Shown here: piece by piece, positions 13,150 through 27,730 of the stretch
How the letters are laid out: the number at the start of each line of letters is the position of its first letter
Position numbering within the stretch: the first letter of the stretch is position 1
The notes under the pieces: generated by a model
Told to the model about the DNA's origin: nothing
What the model saw: the letters and a program-made list of their open reading frames with translations, nothing else
Database searches by the model: none
Made by a program: the position numbers and the translations under genes
DNA from: Eledone cirrhosa
Lineage: Eukaryota
Direction: 5' to 3'
NCBI GenBank assembly: GCA_964016885.1
Contig: OZ024745.1
Location: 69,068,001-69,132,000, forward strand
Length of the DNA: 64,000 bases

Positions 13150-14435
13150 AATAAATATGGTTTTATAAATATAGTTTCCATTTGTTAATATATCGTATTT
13201 TTACTCCAATAATTTGTTGAATGCTTTATATCAGTTATAAAAATATTTGCTTGTTGTATCCCAACAATTTAAATAGAACTTCTACATATATATATATATA
13301 TATATAAATATAGTATGTCTTGGGATATGTGTGAATGTATCTGTCTGACTGTCCCATTATAGAACAGTTCGATAAAAAGAGATTAATATGACCGACCAAA
13401 TCAAGGTGACGCACAGCATGGCTGCAGTCTAATACCTGACACCAGTAAAAGAATAACAGACTAAAATTATCCGAAGGATGGCAACGGGAAACCACCCTGT
13501 ACATTCTCTGGAAAATTCCATAACAAATACACACAGCATTTTAAAAAAGAAGTCAGCAAAATTCGTTGGTCTGGCTGATGGCGTATATTTTCTTTAGAGC
13601 TGTAATTGTAATGAAAGGACAACACAAGTAATCATCAGTGACATACCTAAACACTTAAGGAGTAACGCATAATTTTCTTGCTTGAAACTAGTCTATAAAT
13701 CACTTTACATTTCTATAAATGAAATAATCACATCTAATATTTTTTTATTATTATTTACTTTTTCTTCTTAAGTTTTTCTTCATTTTTATTTGTAGAGAAA
13801 TAGAAATAAAAGAAAACATAGATAGAAAATAAGATTGAAATCATTAAAATATAAATAGTATTTCTGAAAAAAGTATGAAAATATGTTTGTCTACTGTTTA
13901 TTGAATTTATGGGGATTTTGAAAATGACATTGCAAACAATTATTTAGTTAGTAGATTAAAACAAAACAAAAATAATTTTCTTGAAAGGATGAACAAAATT
14001 ACGTTTGAGTAGAGGACAGACGTATCATATATTTATGATGTACAAGAAATACAATACAAAAATGTATATAAATGTATTGTATATTGTACATCTTTCATTA
14101 TTAGGAATATTTATTTTGTGAGAAGACTCAGGAGTATATCACTCCTGGGGTTAAGAGACGAATAATATATCAACACTTCCATAAAGAAGCTCTTACATCT
14201 GCACGGCTGGCGAGGAGGTATCTATTACACCGTCGATCATTCTGCTAGCATTAATAGTTAACTCTGTTTCAAGTAACATATGCTAAAAACAAAGCATACA
14301 TTAGATAACCTAGTGCTGGATTTTATTACTTGTTAGTCAAATACTGGGAACGATTGATTCAACTCCTTTCCCCTCAAATCGCTGGTTTCCTGCCTAAATT
14401 AGAAGCCAATATCAATTGAGCTATTTAGATACGCT

Positions 14436-14560
14436 AATGGTGGTTGAATGGTCGATTGGATAGAGCGTCGGATTATGTTTCAGTGTTAGTTCCGGTTATC
14501 TAATTCAAATGTCGCCGGGGTCAACTTTGCTTTTCATCCTTTCGGGGTGGATAAATAAAG
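14436..14560 (+). mobile_element. tRNA-derived Nin/Deu-domain SINE, degraded
   Basis: GGGGTCAACTTTGCTTTTCATCCTTTCGGGGTGGATAAATAAAGTA matches the family core seen at 31565-31752. Confidence 0.65.
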
Positions 14561-15297
14561 TAGTAATCCAGGGTTAGTGGATTGGCGGAATTATTAAAAT
14601 CGCCAGAGGGGTTGTTTTGCGATATCTGTTCCGGCTTTGTGTGTTTTGAATTTTAATCAAGTTTTCTTTTATTAGAAAAGCGGTGACAGTTCTGCCAGAA
14701 GTTGAGAGCAATATGATCAATGGAAACATAGTTTCCTTGTTCTATTCTGGCTATCGGCCTGTTTTCTTTATACATTTCTATGGAGGCTTTCTTTCGGGAA
14801 ATTTGTAAGAGTAAATTTGTTAAAATGTTATGCAGTATCATTACAACAAACGTAGTGCCATTAAGCAACATGGATGGCGTTGGCTTCCCATCTCAGCTGG
14901 AATCGACGGGCTTAGACCAAGGCAATGACATCACAGTCTTCTTGTTCCAATATGGTAAACTCCTCATCTGAGATGGGATTTGCAACTAACCCTTTTCCAG
15001 TGGCAACCGGCTTAAATGAGCGTCAAACCCAAGCCCATTTACTCGGAAAATTGAAAATCTCTAACTGATAATGTACCAGTCATTGTCCGAAAGTTTCTCA
15101 TTGAAACAATAATAGTGGGGCCTCGAACCAACTCCTTACTAACAGTGGTCGGAATGGAGAATGGCATTCTGAGATCGACTAATCTTATAGCACATCTCTT
15201 TCGATCCATTTCCTTCTTTTAGATATTTTTTCGGGGGGTTTCTCTTGGGAAATTATTTAGTAAGGGTAAATGTGTTAGAATGTAATAACAATTATGA

Positions 15298-15724
15298 TTT
15301 CTTATATAGGCACAAGGGCAGCAATTTTGGGGGAGGGGAAAGTCGATTAAATCGACCCCAGTGCCTGCCTGGTACTTTATTTTATCGTCCCCTTAAGGAT
15401 GAAAGGCAAAGTTAACCTCGGCGGGATTTGAACTCAGATACTAAAAGGCCGTAACTCTATGCTGTAAAGCATGGCGCCCGATCCTCTACCGATACTGCCA
15501 ATCCACTGCCCTTAAAATAGTTTCTTATATAGGCACAAGGCCAGCAATTTTAGGGGAAGGAAAAAGTCGATTAAATCGACCCCAATGCATTACTGGTGTA
15601 TTATTTAATCAACCCTGTAAGGATGAAAAGTAAAGCTAACCTCGGCGACATTTGAACTCAGAATGTAAAGGGACATAACTCTATGCTGCAAAGCATGTTG
15701 TCCTACACTCTACTGATATTGCCA
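15298..15724 (-). mobile_element. Two tandem copies of the tRNA-derived Nin/Deu-domain SINE
   Basis: Each copy has AAGGATGAAAG.CAAAG.TAACCTCGGCG..ATTTGAACTCAG (B-box on the minus strand). Copies at ~15298-15512 and ~15520-15724. Confidence 0.85.
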
Positions 15725-16442
15725 AGAAGAAGAAGAAGAAGAAGCAGAAGACGACGACGAAGAAGAACCACCATTACAACTTGTTTCAAATTAATCAACA
15801 TATGATTCTAGCATTTGAAATTGATGAAATTCAATTAACACGTAATATGAACTTGAATAATCCTTTTATAACTAACTGATATTAATATCTGAACTCTAAA
15901 GTATTACCTCATCGATATTAGTTCAATATTATAAACAAACCAACTGATTTAATTATAAATTATAAATTATTTATTTATAAAAATGCTTATGAATATTTAT
16001 AAACAAATAACACTGTCTTCTATTATAGCCTCGGTTTGACCAATGACTTCTGAATGGAATTTAGCAGACGAAACCTGCAGAAACCCTTGGAATACATACA
16101 CACACATACATACATACATGGTGGCTGCCAACTCATTTTCGAGTACGGCCACTACTTTATATCCATGTAGGAGAACCCCTACCGATGCGCTAAACAAGAG
16201 TGACTTTTTAGTGCAGCCAGCGACTTGAAAACTATGGTACAAACACTACACTTGTCACAATTATTGACACATAGTGCTGGGCCCATGGCACCATGTGACG
16301 ACAAGTGCAGAGGGATATCCAGATATAAAGCAATGCCTGTGCCGTGAAGCTTTTATAGTGAGCAAAGGCAGTGCACAAAAATCTATACATATATACATAC
16401 ATACAATACAGGAACATACATACATACATCCATCCATCCATC

Positions 16443-16515
<73 letters not shown>

Positions 16516-17814
16516 ATAATAATAAATTTGAACACTAAAATCCAAAGAGGGCGTCCACAGATTGATTTTTTTAGTTTCAGAAGATCCCGTTAAGGGTGAA
16601 AGCAGCGATTCTTTGCTTAAATTTTAATCTGTTATTTTAATATATATATATATACTAGCTAAAGTACCCATCCTTTGGACGGTTCAAGTAGCTTTCGATG
16701 TAGCTCATTAAACTAAACAAAGTAAATTTGAATACATAGAAGAAAAACGTACTTTATGTAAACATGAAAACCTTAGGCACTATTCCAGCGAAATAATTAA
16801 TATGCGAGCTCGGTGTCATCCGTTATCCCATATAACAACAAAATCCAGTCTAGGTATAACTATTTTTGACAACAGTAAAACCTTTTGTTTCAAGTACAAA
16901 GAGTAAAGTAAAATCCGAATGAGCCGAATTGTAATAATCAAAATCCCAAACCAAAATTTTTGACAACATCAAAAATGAGTTCCTATTGTATTAAGATAAC
17001 TCTTGCCTTACTTAATCACGAAATATTGACGAAAGATAACTCTTGTCTTACTTAATCACGAAAATTGACAAATAACCGAAACTTTTTTAATGCCTCCAAA
17101 AGCTTCAATATCGATTTTTGAAAGCCTTTGTAGATCATGTACAGGTTTTGTGCAAGGAGAAGCTCTGTAAAAAATTTAAAAGAAATTGCATGAGGCCTCA
17201 TTAAAAATTGTCTACACACACATACACACACATACAGAAAACCTCATCTTTATATATATACAGATATATATATATGTGTATGTGTGTGTGTGTATGTGTG
17301 CGTGTAAGAGAGAGTGTATGTGTCTGAGTATGTGTGTGTTTGCTTCTATGCATATATCCCGTAACCCTGTGGTGGGACGAAGCGATCAATAAAATAGGTA
17401 CTAAGCATGAAAGGTATAAGTAGTTGGGTCGACATGATCGACATAAACCCATGCAAGGTGGTGCCACAACATAGCCGTAGTCCAATATGTAAAAGAATAT
17501 ATGAATAAAAGAATATATGAATAAAAAAGTAAGAAAAATCTATTCAGAATCCAGAGAATAGACAGAGGATAATTGTCTCTAACATAAACAAGAAGCCATA
17601 GGATTGGGAAGATTGATCAGTCTATTACATTAGCCATTCGTTTTAACTGGTACTTAGCTTATGTATGTATAGACCTGTGACTCCTGATGGAATCCTCGGG
17701 GCGACTGAGTGACATATGGCGCACCTTGCGCATTTTGAAAGCTGCTGGAGACTCTCCCTTCTATACATCTGATTACAGCCGATTTTTTCCTCACACACAT
17801 ACACACGGAGAGAG

Positions 17815-18232
<418 letters not shown>

Positions 18233-19128
18233 GCCAGATATTCCAGTAACCTGGAATGTCTTACAGGTGAAATTAATATAAGATGGTAGTAACCGGCAAA
18301 TAAACAGCAGTGAGTGATATGAAAATGTTAAAAAATGTGTTACTGCGGTCTATTGTGTTATAAGAAGACGACTATTTCATAGAATCACAGAGGACAGATT
18401 GATTGAATATTTGAAATAAGATCATAAATAGATTGATTACCAGCAAACAAAACAAAAACAACAATAACAACATCAAAACCATCAGCAATAACAGCAACGA
18501 CAACGACAGCAGTAACAGCAACAATAATAACAACAGCACAAAAAAGAAAAAAATGGCGATAAACATCGTGGGAGACATTTTCAATTCTGATATCACTTTC
18601 AACAAAAGGAAATAAATATAATAAATAGATAACAAAAAATAAAAATAAAGATTAAAAAAAAAAAGAGATAAATAAACAATATAAATAAATATGATACATA
18701 AAAATAAAAAAAATAAAGAATGACAAATAAAAAAAAAAATACGTGCAAAATAAAAGAAAATGTCAAAAACAACGACACCGACAGAAATATAGATGCCAAG
18801 AAAAACAAACAAACAGAAATTAAAACAAAAGAAAAACGAAAGTAATTATTAAAACAAGCAACATGATAGTAGTTGTAGTTGTAGAAGTAGTAATAACGTT
18901 TCCGCGATCACACCTCCTAAAACTCTTCAGACGATGCTTTGACAATTATCTGACATTTTATTCATTAAAACAAAGAAGATAAAGACAAAGATTTGAAGTA
19001 TTTTTTTCTTTTCAATTTTGATCTGCACCCAATGAATGTATAAGTGGTGTTTATAATGTAGAAGAATAAGATATGTGTGAAATTGTAGAGATTTAGATAA
19101 AACAGAACTGAAGATCTTGCCATTTGCA

Positions 19129-19282
19129 GCTATGTCGACATACGCTGAATGGTGATGCTAATGTATACTAGAGAGCCATGTTAATGTATACCAAAAGAGC
19201 GATGTCGACGTATACTAGAGAGCGATGTCAATATATGCTAAAGAGCGATATTGATGTGTACAATAAGGCGATATTGACACAT
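19129..19282. repeat. Degenerate ~23-bp minisatellite (consensus ~GCGATGTCGATGTATACTAGAGA), about 7 units
   Basis: GCGAT/GTGAT/GCCAT recur at ~23-nt spacing. Confidence 0.7.
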
Positions 19283-19310
19283 CTCTCTCTCTATACACAC
19301 ACACACACAC

Positions 19311-19387
<77 letters not shown>

Positions 19388-19505
19388 AAGGCGTGTGGCT
19401 GAGTGGTTAGAGAATTGGATTCGCAATCGTAAGGTTGTGAGTTCGATTCCTGGACCAGGCGATGCGTTATGTCCTTGAGCAAGACACTTTATTTCACGTT
19501 GCTCC
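19388..19505 (+). mobile_element. tRNA-derived CORE-domain SINE head
   Basis: A-box TGGCTGAGTGG, B-box GTTCGATTCC, then CORE-like TGTCCTTGAGCAAGACACTT. Confidence 0.8.
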
Positions 19506-19673
19506 TTCTACCTGGAGTTGCGACCGATAGATAGTATTAGCAATTGGAAAGACCAACGGAAACATTGTTCCCTCGGTCCGATTTGACGAAAGTCGATCGT
19601 TCCTTTAAATATATATATATATATTTATTTAGAAATTAAACAACAATATAATATAACTACTGCATTACCAAAT

Positions 19674-19741
19674 CTCTGTCTGATGAACGATCTAGACATA
19701 TATTAATATTGTCTAGGGTCCTGAAACCTTTAGTAATGGAG
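19674..19741 (+). ncRNA. Type I hammerhead motif in an ORF-less unit (~19625-19837) between (TA)n and (CA)n
   Basis: CTCTGT-CTGATGA-..GATCTAGACA loop TGTCTAGGGTC..-GAAA-CCTTTAG-TA-ATGGAG. Stem I is 6 bp with two G-U pairs; stem III is imperfect. Confidence 0.65.
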
Positions 19742-19834
19742 GAGTTATATATTGTGTGGATCACTTTCTAATTAAATAGCTCTGTTCTATACATAGAACA
19801 CTATTTTTTCCTTTGCTCTTTCTTCGGAATTACC

Positions 19835-19876
<42 letters not shown>

Positions 19877-20058
19877 GAAAAGAGTTAGGACCCCGACGGC
19901 TGAGCTCCGGCCGTTTCGACAGCTAGATCTACCTGTTGAAACGGCCGGAGCTCAGTCGCCGGGGTCCTGACTCTTTTCCTATTACCCACTCTACTACCCT
20001 AAGTATCGAGTGTTCTGGTGCGTTATGGTCCCCCTGGTTCCTTACCACACTTCGTTCA
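19877..20058. mobile_element. Hairpin-headed mini-element in (TA)n, copy C
   Basis: ~45-bp imperfect arms (19877-19922 and 19933-19978). Tail shared with copy A. Confidence 0.75.
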
Positions 20059-20965
20059 TTATATATATATATATATACAATTACAGAGACACGAACAAAA
20101 ATATAGTAGTTAATAATTGAAGCTAAAGAGAGAAATGTGGACAATTTAAGAATAAAGGAAACCTTGCTTATACGTAGACTCAACCCATAAATTTATAACA
20201 GAATGGAACTCAGCACACAATAGTTTCCGCCTTAAAGTATGTACTTTTTTCTAAATATTATAGGCTTCATATATATGTACAAAATACTATGCATTCCTCT
20301 AACGATATATGGCTCTTTCGCTCTCTATATACATATATCTTCGAATTATATATATGATGGCTGCCCCCTCGTTATCGAGTATGGCCATTGCATGATATAC
20401 CATTATTAATAATTATTAATTAATTCTATCGTGCAAAGCTTGTGCATGAAGATATTTTTTAAAATGTGGAAAGACTGTGCACTGAACCAATCCCACTCTC
20501 AGAGCGACAGTAGCTATAACCCGAAAAGAAGAAAAGATCAACATCATCGGTAACTACTGAGCCGCAGATTTTATATCGGAGTCATCCCAGTTTCCTGCTT
20601 GCCTTTTCCTAGAAGAATGCCCTGACAAAGGCTAGGGGTCCTTCACTCCGAGTGATTTAACTGTGCGGTACATGTGTATATACATATTTACACACTTTTG
20701 GATGGCCGTTGACTCTTATGAGTTTCTTCCGCCCTTTGTCAGGTTTTGTTTTTTGTCCTGTAGGGTGTCCAAAATCACCCTCCTCACCAAGTAAACTTGG
20801 CGGGGTTGCCGGTTTAGTCGCCGAGGACCCGACCATGCGACATATATACAGATAGATAGATAGATAGATAGATAGAGATAGAGAGAGAGAGAGAGTGTTG
20901 CTGAAACCGAGGAGACCACTAATCTTGGGAGTACTCAATGCTTGGCGCTGCGATCGAGATTTTAC

Positions 20966-21061
<96 letters not shown>

Positions 21062-21288
21062 ATGATTTATTTATTTATTTATTTATTTATATAATAATGA
21101 TAATAAAAAGGACGATTTGTTATGTCTTCTTTACGTTTATTGAGTAGTGACGCGCATTTCGCTATTGATCAGCTCAAGGTTCGATCTGTATTATTATTAC
21201 ACTCTGTTTAGTTTACACCTCTATACTTACTGGAAACTACTCATCGAGTGCTCACTCTGGTGAACCTACCGTAACTGGATGTTACAAT

Positions 21289-21354
<66 letters not shown>

Positions 21355-23214
21355 ATGTATGTATGTGTATATATCCATGTATATGTTCGTGCCTTTGTTT
21401 ACAATTTCAGTTTGTTTATATCTCGTAACCCAGCGATTCAATAGAAAGAGATTGATAAATCTAGACCAGACTTGGAAAAATAAGAACCGAGGTCGATAGA
21501 ATCGACTAAAATTAATTCAAGTAATGAACTGCTACTTTATTTATCCACATGGAAAGGATACAAGGCATAATTGGCTTCGGCAGAATTTGATCTCTGGGTT
21601 CCATAAGACTAAGGAAGGCCGTAAATATTTCTATCCAAAGTTTTAACAAATCTGACAATTTTCACCATTTTTCATCTCCGTTAAGCCAAATTATGCCTGC
21701 ATTTTATAGAGTTACATAGTGTGAGAAATATGATGGAACAAGTTTAGAATTCGTTCTCTTCTTATCTCAAATATCAAATTCATGGAGTGATTCGACCTAC
21801 ATCGATTCGACAAACAGTGTTCAAGTTTTTTTATGAACAGAAAAACCCATAAGTAGCTGTGTATTTCACAAAACACGTAGCTTTAACATAATTCTCAATG
21901 GTGATCCAGCTGAATACACTGTGTTGAAATGCTAGACTTTAAATAACAGATACAATCCATCCGACTGGCTTTTAAATAGCTTCCGTCTACCCAATCTTAC
22001 TCACAAGGCACTGGTCATCCCGAGGATATAGTAAATGTCATTGACCAAGATGCCACGTCGTGGAATCAAACCTGCGATGTTATGATTAACATGTGAATTT
22101 CTTAACCATTTATATTTGTTTTGTTTTAACTCGTATGTTTTCTTGATCTTTTAAAACTGTTTTAGTTTTTGAAGATGCTTTGAAGTGGCAGACTGATTAG
22201 TGGTATCGGATTAAAAACCTTGCTATTACTTCCGGCTCAGTGCACCTCTCGTTTAAATTTCACCGAGGGCGACGTGGCATTTTATTCTTTCATGATCGAT
22301 AAATAAAATACCCTTTCATGTGAACGGTGGATTGGTGGAATTCATAATGAGTCAGATGCTTTGCGGAATCAGATCCGGCATTGTGCGTCTTTTGTCAGGA
22401 GTTGCGACCGAAAGATAGTATCAGCAATGAAATGACAAATATAGTTGCCTTGTCCACGTGTGACTATAGATTCCATTCCTTTCCCTTTAATAAAGTACCA
22501 GTCCTTGGCATGGATTAGTGGATGGAGTATTTTGTCGTATCCGATCCAGCTCTGTGCGTTCTGAGTTAAAATACCACCTCCTTGTGTCAGCAGTTGTAAC
22601 CGGCAGATAGCATCAGCAACGGATAGACCGACGAAAACATAATTTCCCTAGTTTGACATGACAATCGGCTCATTGTTTTTCTTCGTTTTTGTATTATTAG
22701 GTGAAATAACGTGGCTATCTTCTTAATCGACCCATATAAATTACACTAAAAATAAATGGCAAACTTTACATATGACTATATTTTCACAAGAAAAACAAAA
22801 AAAAAAAGAAATGAAAATTCAATAGTTTGCGTTTGAAATGAGTGTGAAATCACTGTCAGAAATTGTTAGTTATTCAGGCCAGATAGCGATTAATCAAGCA
22901 AAAATCATTAACTCCGAAGCTCCATTAAAGCACCAACATTGAAAAATAAAATAAATAAATATTAAAAATACACGCCATAAATATCTTGTTAATATTGCTA
23001 TCCGTTCATTTTTCTAGAGGACCAAGATTTTCGCGAGTTGCAAGAAAGAAAAAAAATTCTTTTCTATAAAAAGAAAACCATAGTTAACTGTAAATCATAG
23101 CTTATTGATTTATTTTGCTATTCTCAGGGTAATGTACTTTGTGTAAAGAGGAAGACACTCCACTTTATCAATACGTGCTAGCTGTGATTATACATCACAA
23201 TGTGAAAGAGTATG

Positions 23215-23520
23215 ACTTTATGTTGCGGTGTTGGGCTCATGATCGTAAAATCACGAGTTTGATTTCAGCGGTGCATTGTGTACTTGAGCAAGACACATTA
23301 TTTCCCGTTACTCCAGTCGGCTGGGAGAAAAATTAAGTTATATCTGTAATTCAAAGGGCCAACTTTGTCACACACTGTGTCACGCTGAATGCCCATCAAA
23401 ACTACATTATGTGTACATATATCTGTAGAATTCTTAACCACTTGTACGTTAATTTTGGAAGCTGGCTGTCCCATTGATCGAATCAACTAGAACATTTGTC
23501 TTCGTAACCAACTGAACTCC
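23215..23520 (+). mobile_element. CORE-domain SINE, degraded full-length copy
   Basis: TGTGTACTTGAGCAAGACACATTATTTC...CTGTAATTCAAAGGGCCA...CCACTTGTACGTTAATTT is shared with 41755-42015 and 56335-56575. Confidence 0.7.
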
Positions 23521-25019
23521 AACGCACATACATCATCAACAGCGATAATCTAACAATTTATCAGGTCTCTAGGTGATATCGTATGGAAAAAGTAAGAAAT
23601 ATGTTCTTCCGACAATAGGATCAACAAAAGCAACTTGTGTGAATGTATGGAAATATAAAAATGGTAATTGTTAGGTAAGGCAAATGGATCTGCCATTGTT
23701 TCAACGATGAATGTTCCATTTAAATGATCAACGGAACTGTTTGCTCGTGAAATCAATGAACGAGTGGCTGAGCATTCTATATCACGTGTACGTTTTTCAG
23801 GGAGATTCAACGAGACAGAGTGTGTGTGACAAAGCTGTTCTTTTGAATTGTGGTTATAATCCATTTTAATAGTGTATGTGGCTAAATATTCTACAGACAC
23901 ATCTTCCCTTAACATATCTCTCAGAAATATGACACTGTGTCTGACAAGGCTAGTCGTTTGAATTACCTGTACAGTCAATCTTTAACAATAGTGTATGTGG
24001 CTAAGTATTTCACAGACACTTGTATCCTTACGTACCGTTAAGAAATTTCAGTACAATGCACTATGTGGCATGGAGTGTCCTTTGAATTTACAGGTAAAGT
24101 TCATCCAATGGGTTTCCACACAATTTCTGTCTAACCACTTTCATTCATAAAGCTTGGAATCACCCGAGGCTCTGCTAAATTATACAGGCATAAGATTTCA
24201 GCTGCCAAATTTACCGAGTGTCTAAAACGTTAGAACAATTCACTTCCTAACTCAAATTACGAGTCCTCCTGCATAGTAAGACACTTGCCCAAGAAGCCGT
24301 GCAGTGGGATTGCGTACAAAATCGTGACTAATGTGAAATGAATATTTTAACTAGAAGACTGTGCCTGCATATAAATAATTATTTCTAATTTAAGTTGAAG
24401 TATTTCAACACATGACTGGTATGAAAGGATGAAAGGCAAAATTAAACGCAACACTATTTGAACACAGGCTGTAAAACGTCAGAACCAATGTCATGAGGAA
24501 TGTTGTTCGATTCTGCAAATCCACCTCCTCTGCTTTTCCATAAATAAAATAAACTATATTTTCAAGATATAGGTTATAATTATGTAAAATTAATATATTA
24601 TCAATATGATGTGTGTAGTGGTGTTAGAAGGTTTCAGTCTTTGTAACTGTCCTTCAAGGGTTATGGGAATACGGAGGGTTGCACCAGAGATAAAAGGGAG
24701 ATAAAAGTAGGCTTCCTTATGATGTCATGTTTAATTATAGCGTTGTGGATATTTTGCAGAATAAATGTTAAGTAATAAAATACTTTACAAGGGATCAATG
24801 TAGAGGAATTATTCATGTGCAGACCTATCAATATTTTTCTCGATCTCCCTGTCCCAGCCCCAATCTCTCTCTCTCTCTCTCTCTCTCCCTCTCTCAACAC
24901 ACACATACACACACATGTATGTATATATATATATATATATACATACACATCTTCACTTACAAACACTCAATCACACTGATCTCTCTCCTCTCGCTCCCTC
25001 TCACACGCACACGCACACG

Positions 25020-25061
<42 letters not shown>

Positions 25062-27122
25062 GATCCTCACTTACATACACTCTATCACATACATGCACCC
25101 GCATTCATGCACCCTATTATAGATTTCCATACACATGCTCGCATATGTGTATCAGCATATATAATAGAAACATAAATATGCATATACATGCTGATTGAAC
25201 ACATAATTTTACACACATGACCATTTAAGTGTGTGTATGTATCAGCATACACGTATTAGCAGTATTTATAAAAGCATGTATCTGTATTTTATGTAAAGAA
25301 AAAGCCATAATTATTGTGTCTGAAGATGGTTTCCTCAGAAATCAGATTCTTTTGATTATACTCACCCCCACCTAAAATATAACTTGTACATAGTGTGACA
25401 TACATACATAAATATATAGACGCACTCTATATGAAACAACTAGTAGCAATACCCAGCCCCAACTGGGTTTATTAGCACTTAAAATAAATACAGCCACATG
25501 GATTTTACTATATTTTGAACAAGAAAATACGGACGCCGCGTTGGCAGAGCCGTTAGAACGTCACATAGAATGCTTTTTGGTATTCGTTCTGGCTCTTATG
25601 CATTCCGAGTTCAAATATTGCAGATGTCACATTCGCCTTTTCTACTTCTGAGATACTACTTCAGTATTAGGAATAAATCATTCCTATAACTCTCTCTTTC
25701 TCCCCCTCGCCCCCTCTCTCTGTCACTGAAACCGGCTGTGATCAAAGAGAGATATGTTCTAGCAGATTTTACAAATTGTCCAAAATACACCGTATATCCC
25801 ACGAATAGCATGAACAACGCATAATTTTTAGGAAGATATTCAACGTATGAGTGATATACAGATAGATGTGGAATAAAATGAATTGAGTTTTCTGAAAATA
25901 TTTAAAGCCAATGGGACAGCAGTGCACGTGAGGTGTGTAATTTGACAGTTGTGACCGTGTATCAGAATAGAAAGGGAACATGAACTAATAAAACAACTTT
26001 TGCATGGTCGCGTGTTAGAAACAACAGCTAAATGTCCATAACCACAGCCTGCTGTTTTGAAAGTAAGGAAACATTGGATCATTAAATCCTATATAATACA
26101 GTCCAATTTTTACTTTAATAATTTCAGGGATGATAAATAAAGTACTAATCCAAGGGGAGTTGATTTGCAGAATTGTTAAAACTTCGGATGGTATGTTTTA
26201 TAGTGGTTCACCGGATCTGTGCGTTTAAGTTCAAATCTCACCTACTTCTGCCAACCAGATAATATCAGCTTTTCGTAGAAGTATTGTAATGGCAACTCAT
26301 TACACTAAAGCTGCAATTAGAAAACGTTATGGTGAAGTAAAGGCTCCGCCAGGGTTTATTCATCGAAAATATTGTAAAATTTATAGGGGAAGGTTATCTC
26401 CAATGTTTTAGATCATAGTTATGTTTTACTTGATCAAGAATGATGACCTGGCGTTAAACACAAATTACAACAGGAATATAGAAAGGATACTTTGTGAGTG
26501 AAAGCTGTCATAGACTTAATTCCTTGCCCTGTTCAACCCCTACCCCTGAGTGAGGGATGCTCTAATACAGAGGGATGCTCTGATGTAAGCATACAGATCA
26601 GGCCTCCGGCTTAAGGCTACCTTCCTTTATATCCCACTAGTCCCAGTGGCTCTGGAAAGGGCCATACATTTTGTTATGTCCTCTTTGACTAAAACAATCG
26701 GCTATAAATAAATTATACGCAAAATATATGGAAAAAAAAATACTACCCTCGTATATATCATTTTTATAATATATGGATTCGATTAAGCTGTGGGATATCA
26801 TTTCTTTTCCTATATTTTTCTTGGTTTGAAGATCATAGTAAGATTGGCAGCTGGCCTCTTACCCAGAAAGACACACACATATATCATAAGGAATACAACA
26901 GAACTACCAGCATTTCTAAGAATGGATTTAACCAACGTATACAAAATATAAAAGATAAAATAAAGAATAAAAATAAACATGAGCATTATTCAGAAGATTT
27001 CGAGCAGAAGGAATTAATAAAACTTGAGAATATTTAATCTGTACATTTTAAAATATATAGCTGCATCTTTGTGATAGAAAAATGATTTTTTTTTCAAGAA
27101 TATATGGACGAAAATAATGAAA

Positions 27123-27161
<39 letters not shown>

Positions 27162-27414
27162 ATGAAAATTAAATACACAAACAAAACGAAAAGCAAAACA
27201 GAACATTAACAACAAATGAATATAATAACAAAACACGTGCATGAAAATGTGTGACGCTGAAAAAACTAACCTCGCACATGCGCAGCAGGGAACGTAAACA
27301 GAAAGGAGAAAAATCATACTATATTTATACCAAACACAATTACACACCTAAAAAAAATCGTTCTCTATATATCCAGACACACATTCATGCAATTAAACAC
27401 AGATATACAAATGT

Positions 27415-27520
27415 CTCTCTCTCTCACGCACTCACTCTATCTCTCTCTATCTCTCTCTCTCTCATTCTATATATATATATAATTATTTTTATATATTGTG
27501 TGCATATAATATACATTATA

Positions 27521-27551
<31 letters not shown>

Positions 27552-27648
27552 GGACACTCGAACACACATACACGTATACACACATTCACAACGCAAACAC
27601 ACACACACACACAGACACACACATACACACACACACACACACAGACAG

Positions 27649-27720
<72 letters not shown>

Positions 27721-27730
27721 ACATACATAT
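27415..27730. repeat. Compound (TC)n/(TA)n/(CA)n microsatellite
   Basis: Read directly. Confidence 0.9.

Noticed and set aside
20357-20840. GC-richer segments resembling RTE-LINE UTR or other interspersed repeats (also 14870-15030, 16110-16370, 26500-26690)
   Set aside because: Probably repeat-derived, but I see no coding motif or second copy in the window to classify them.
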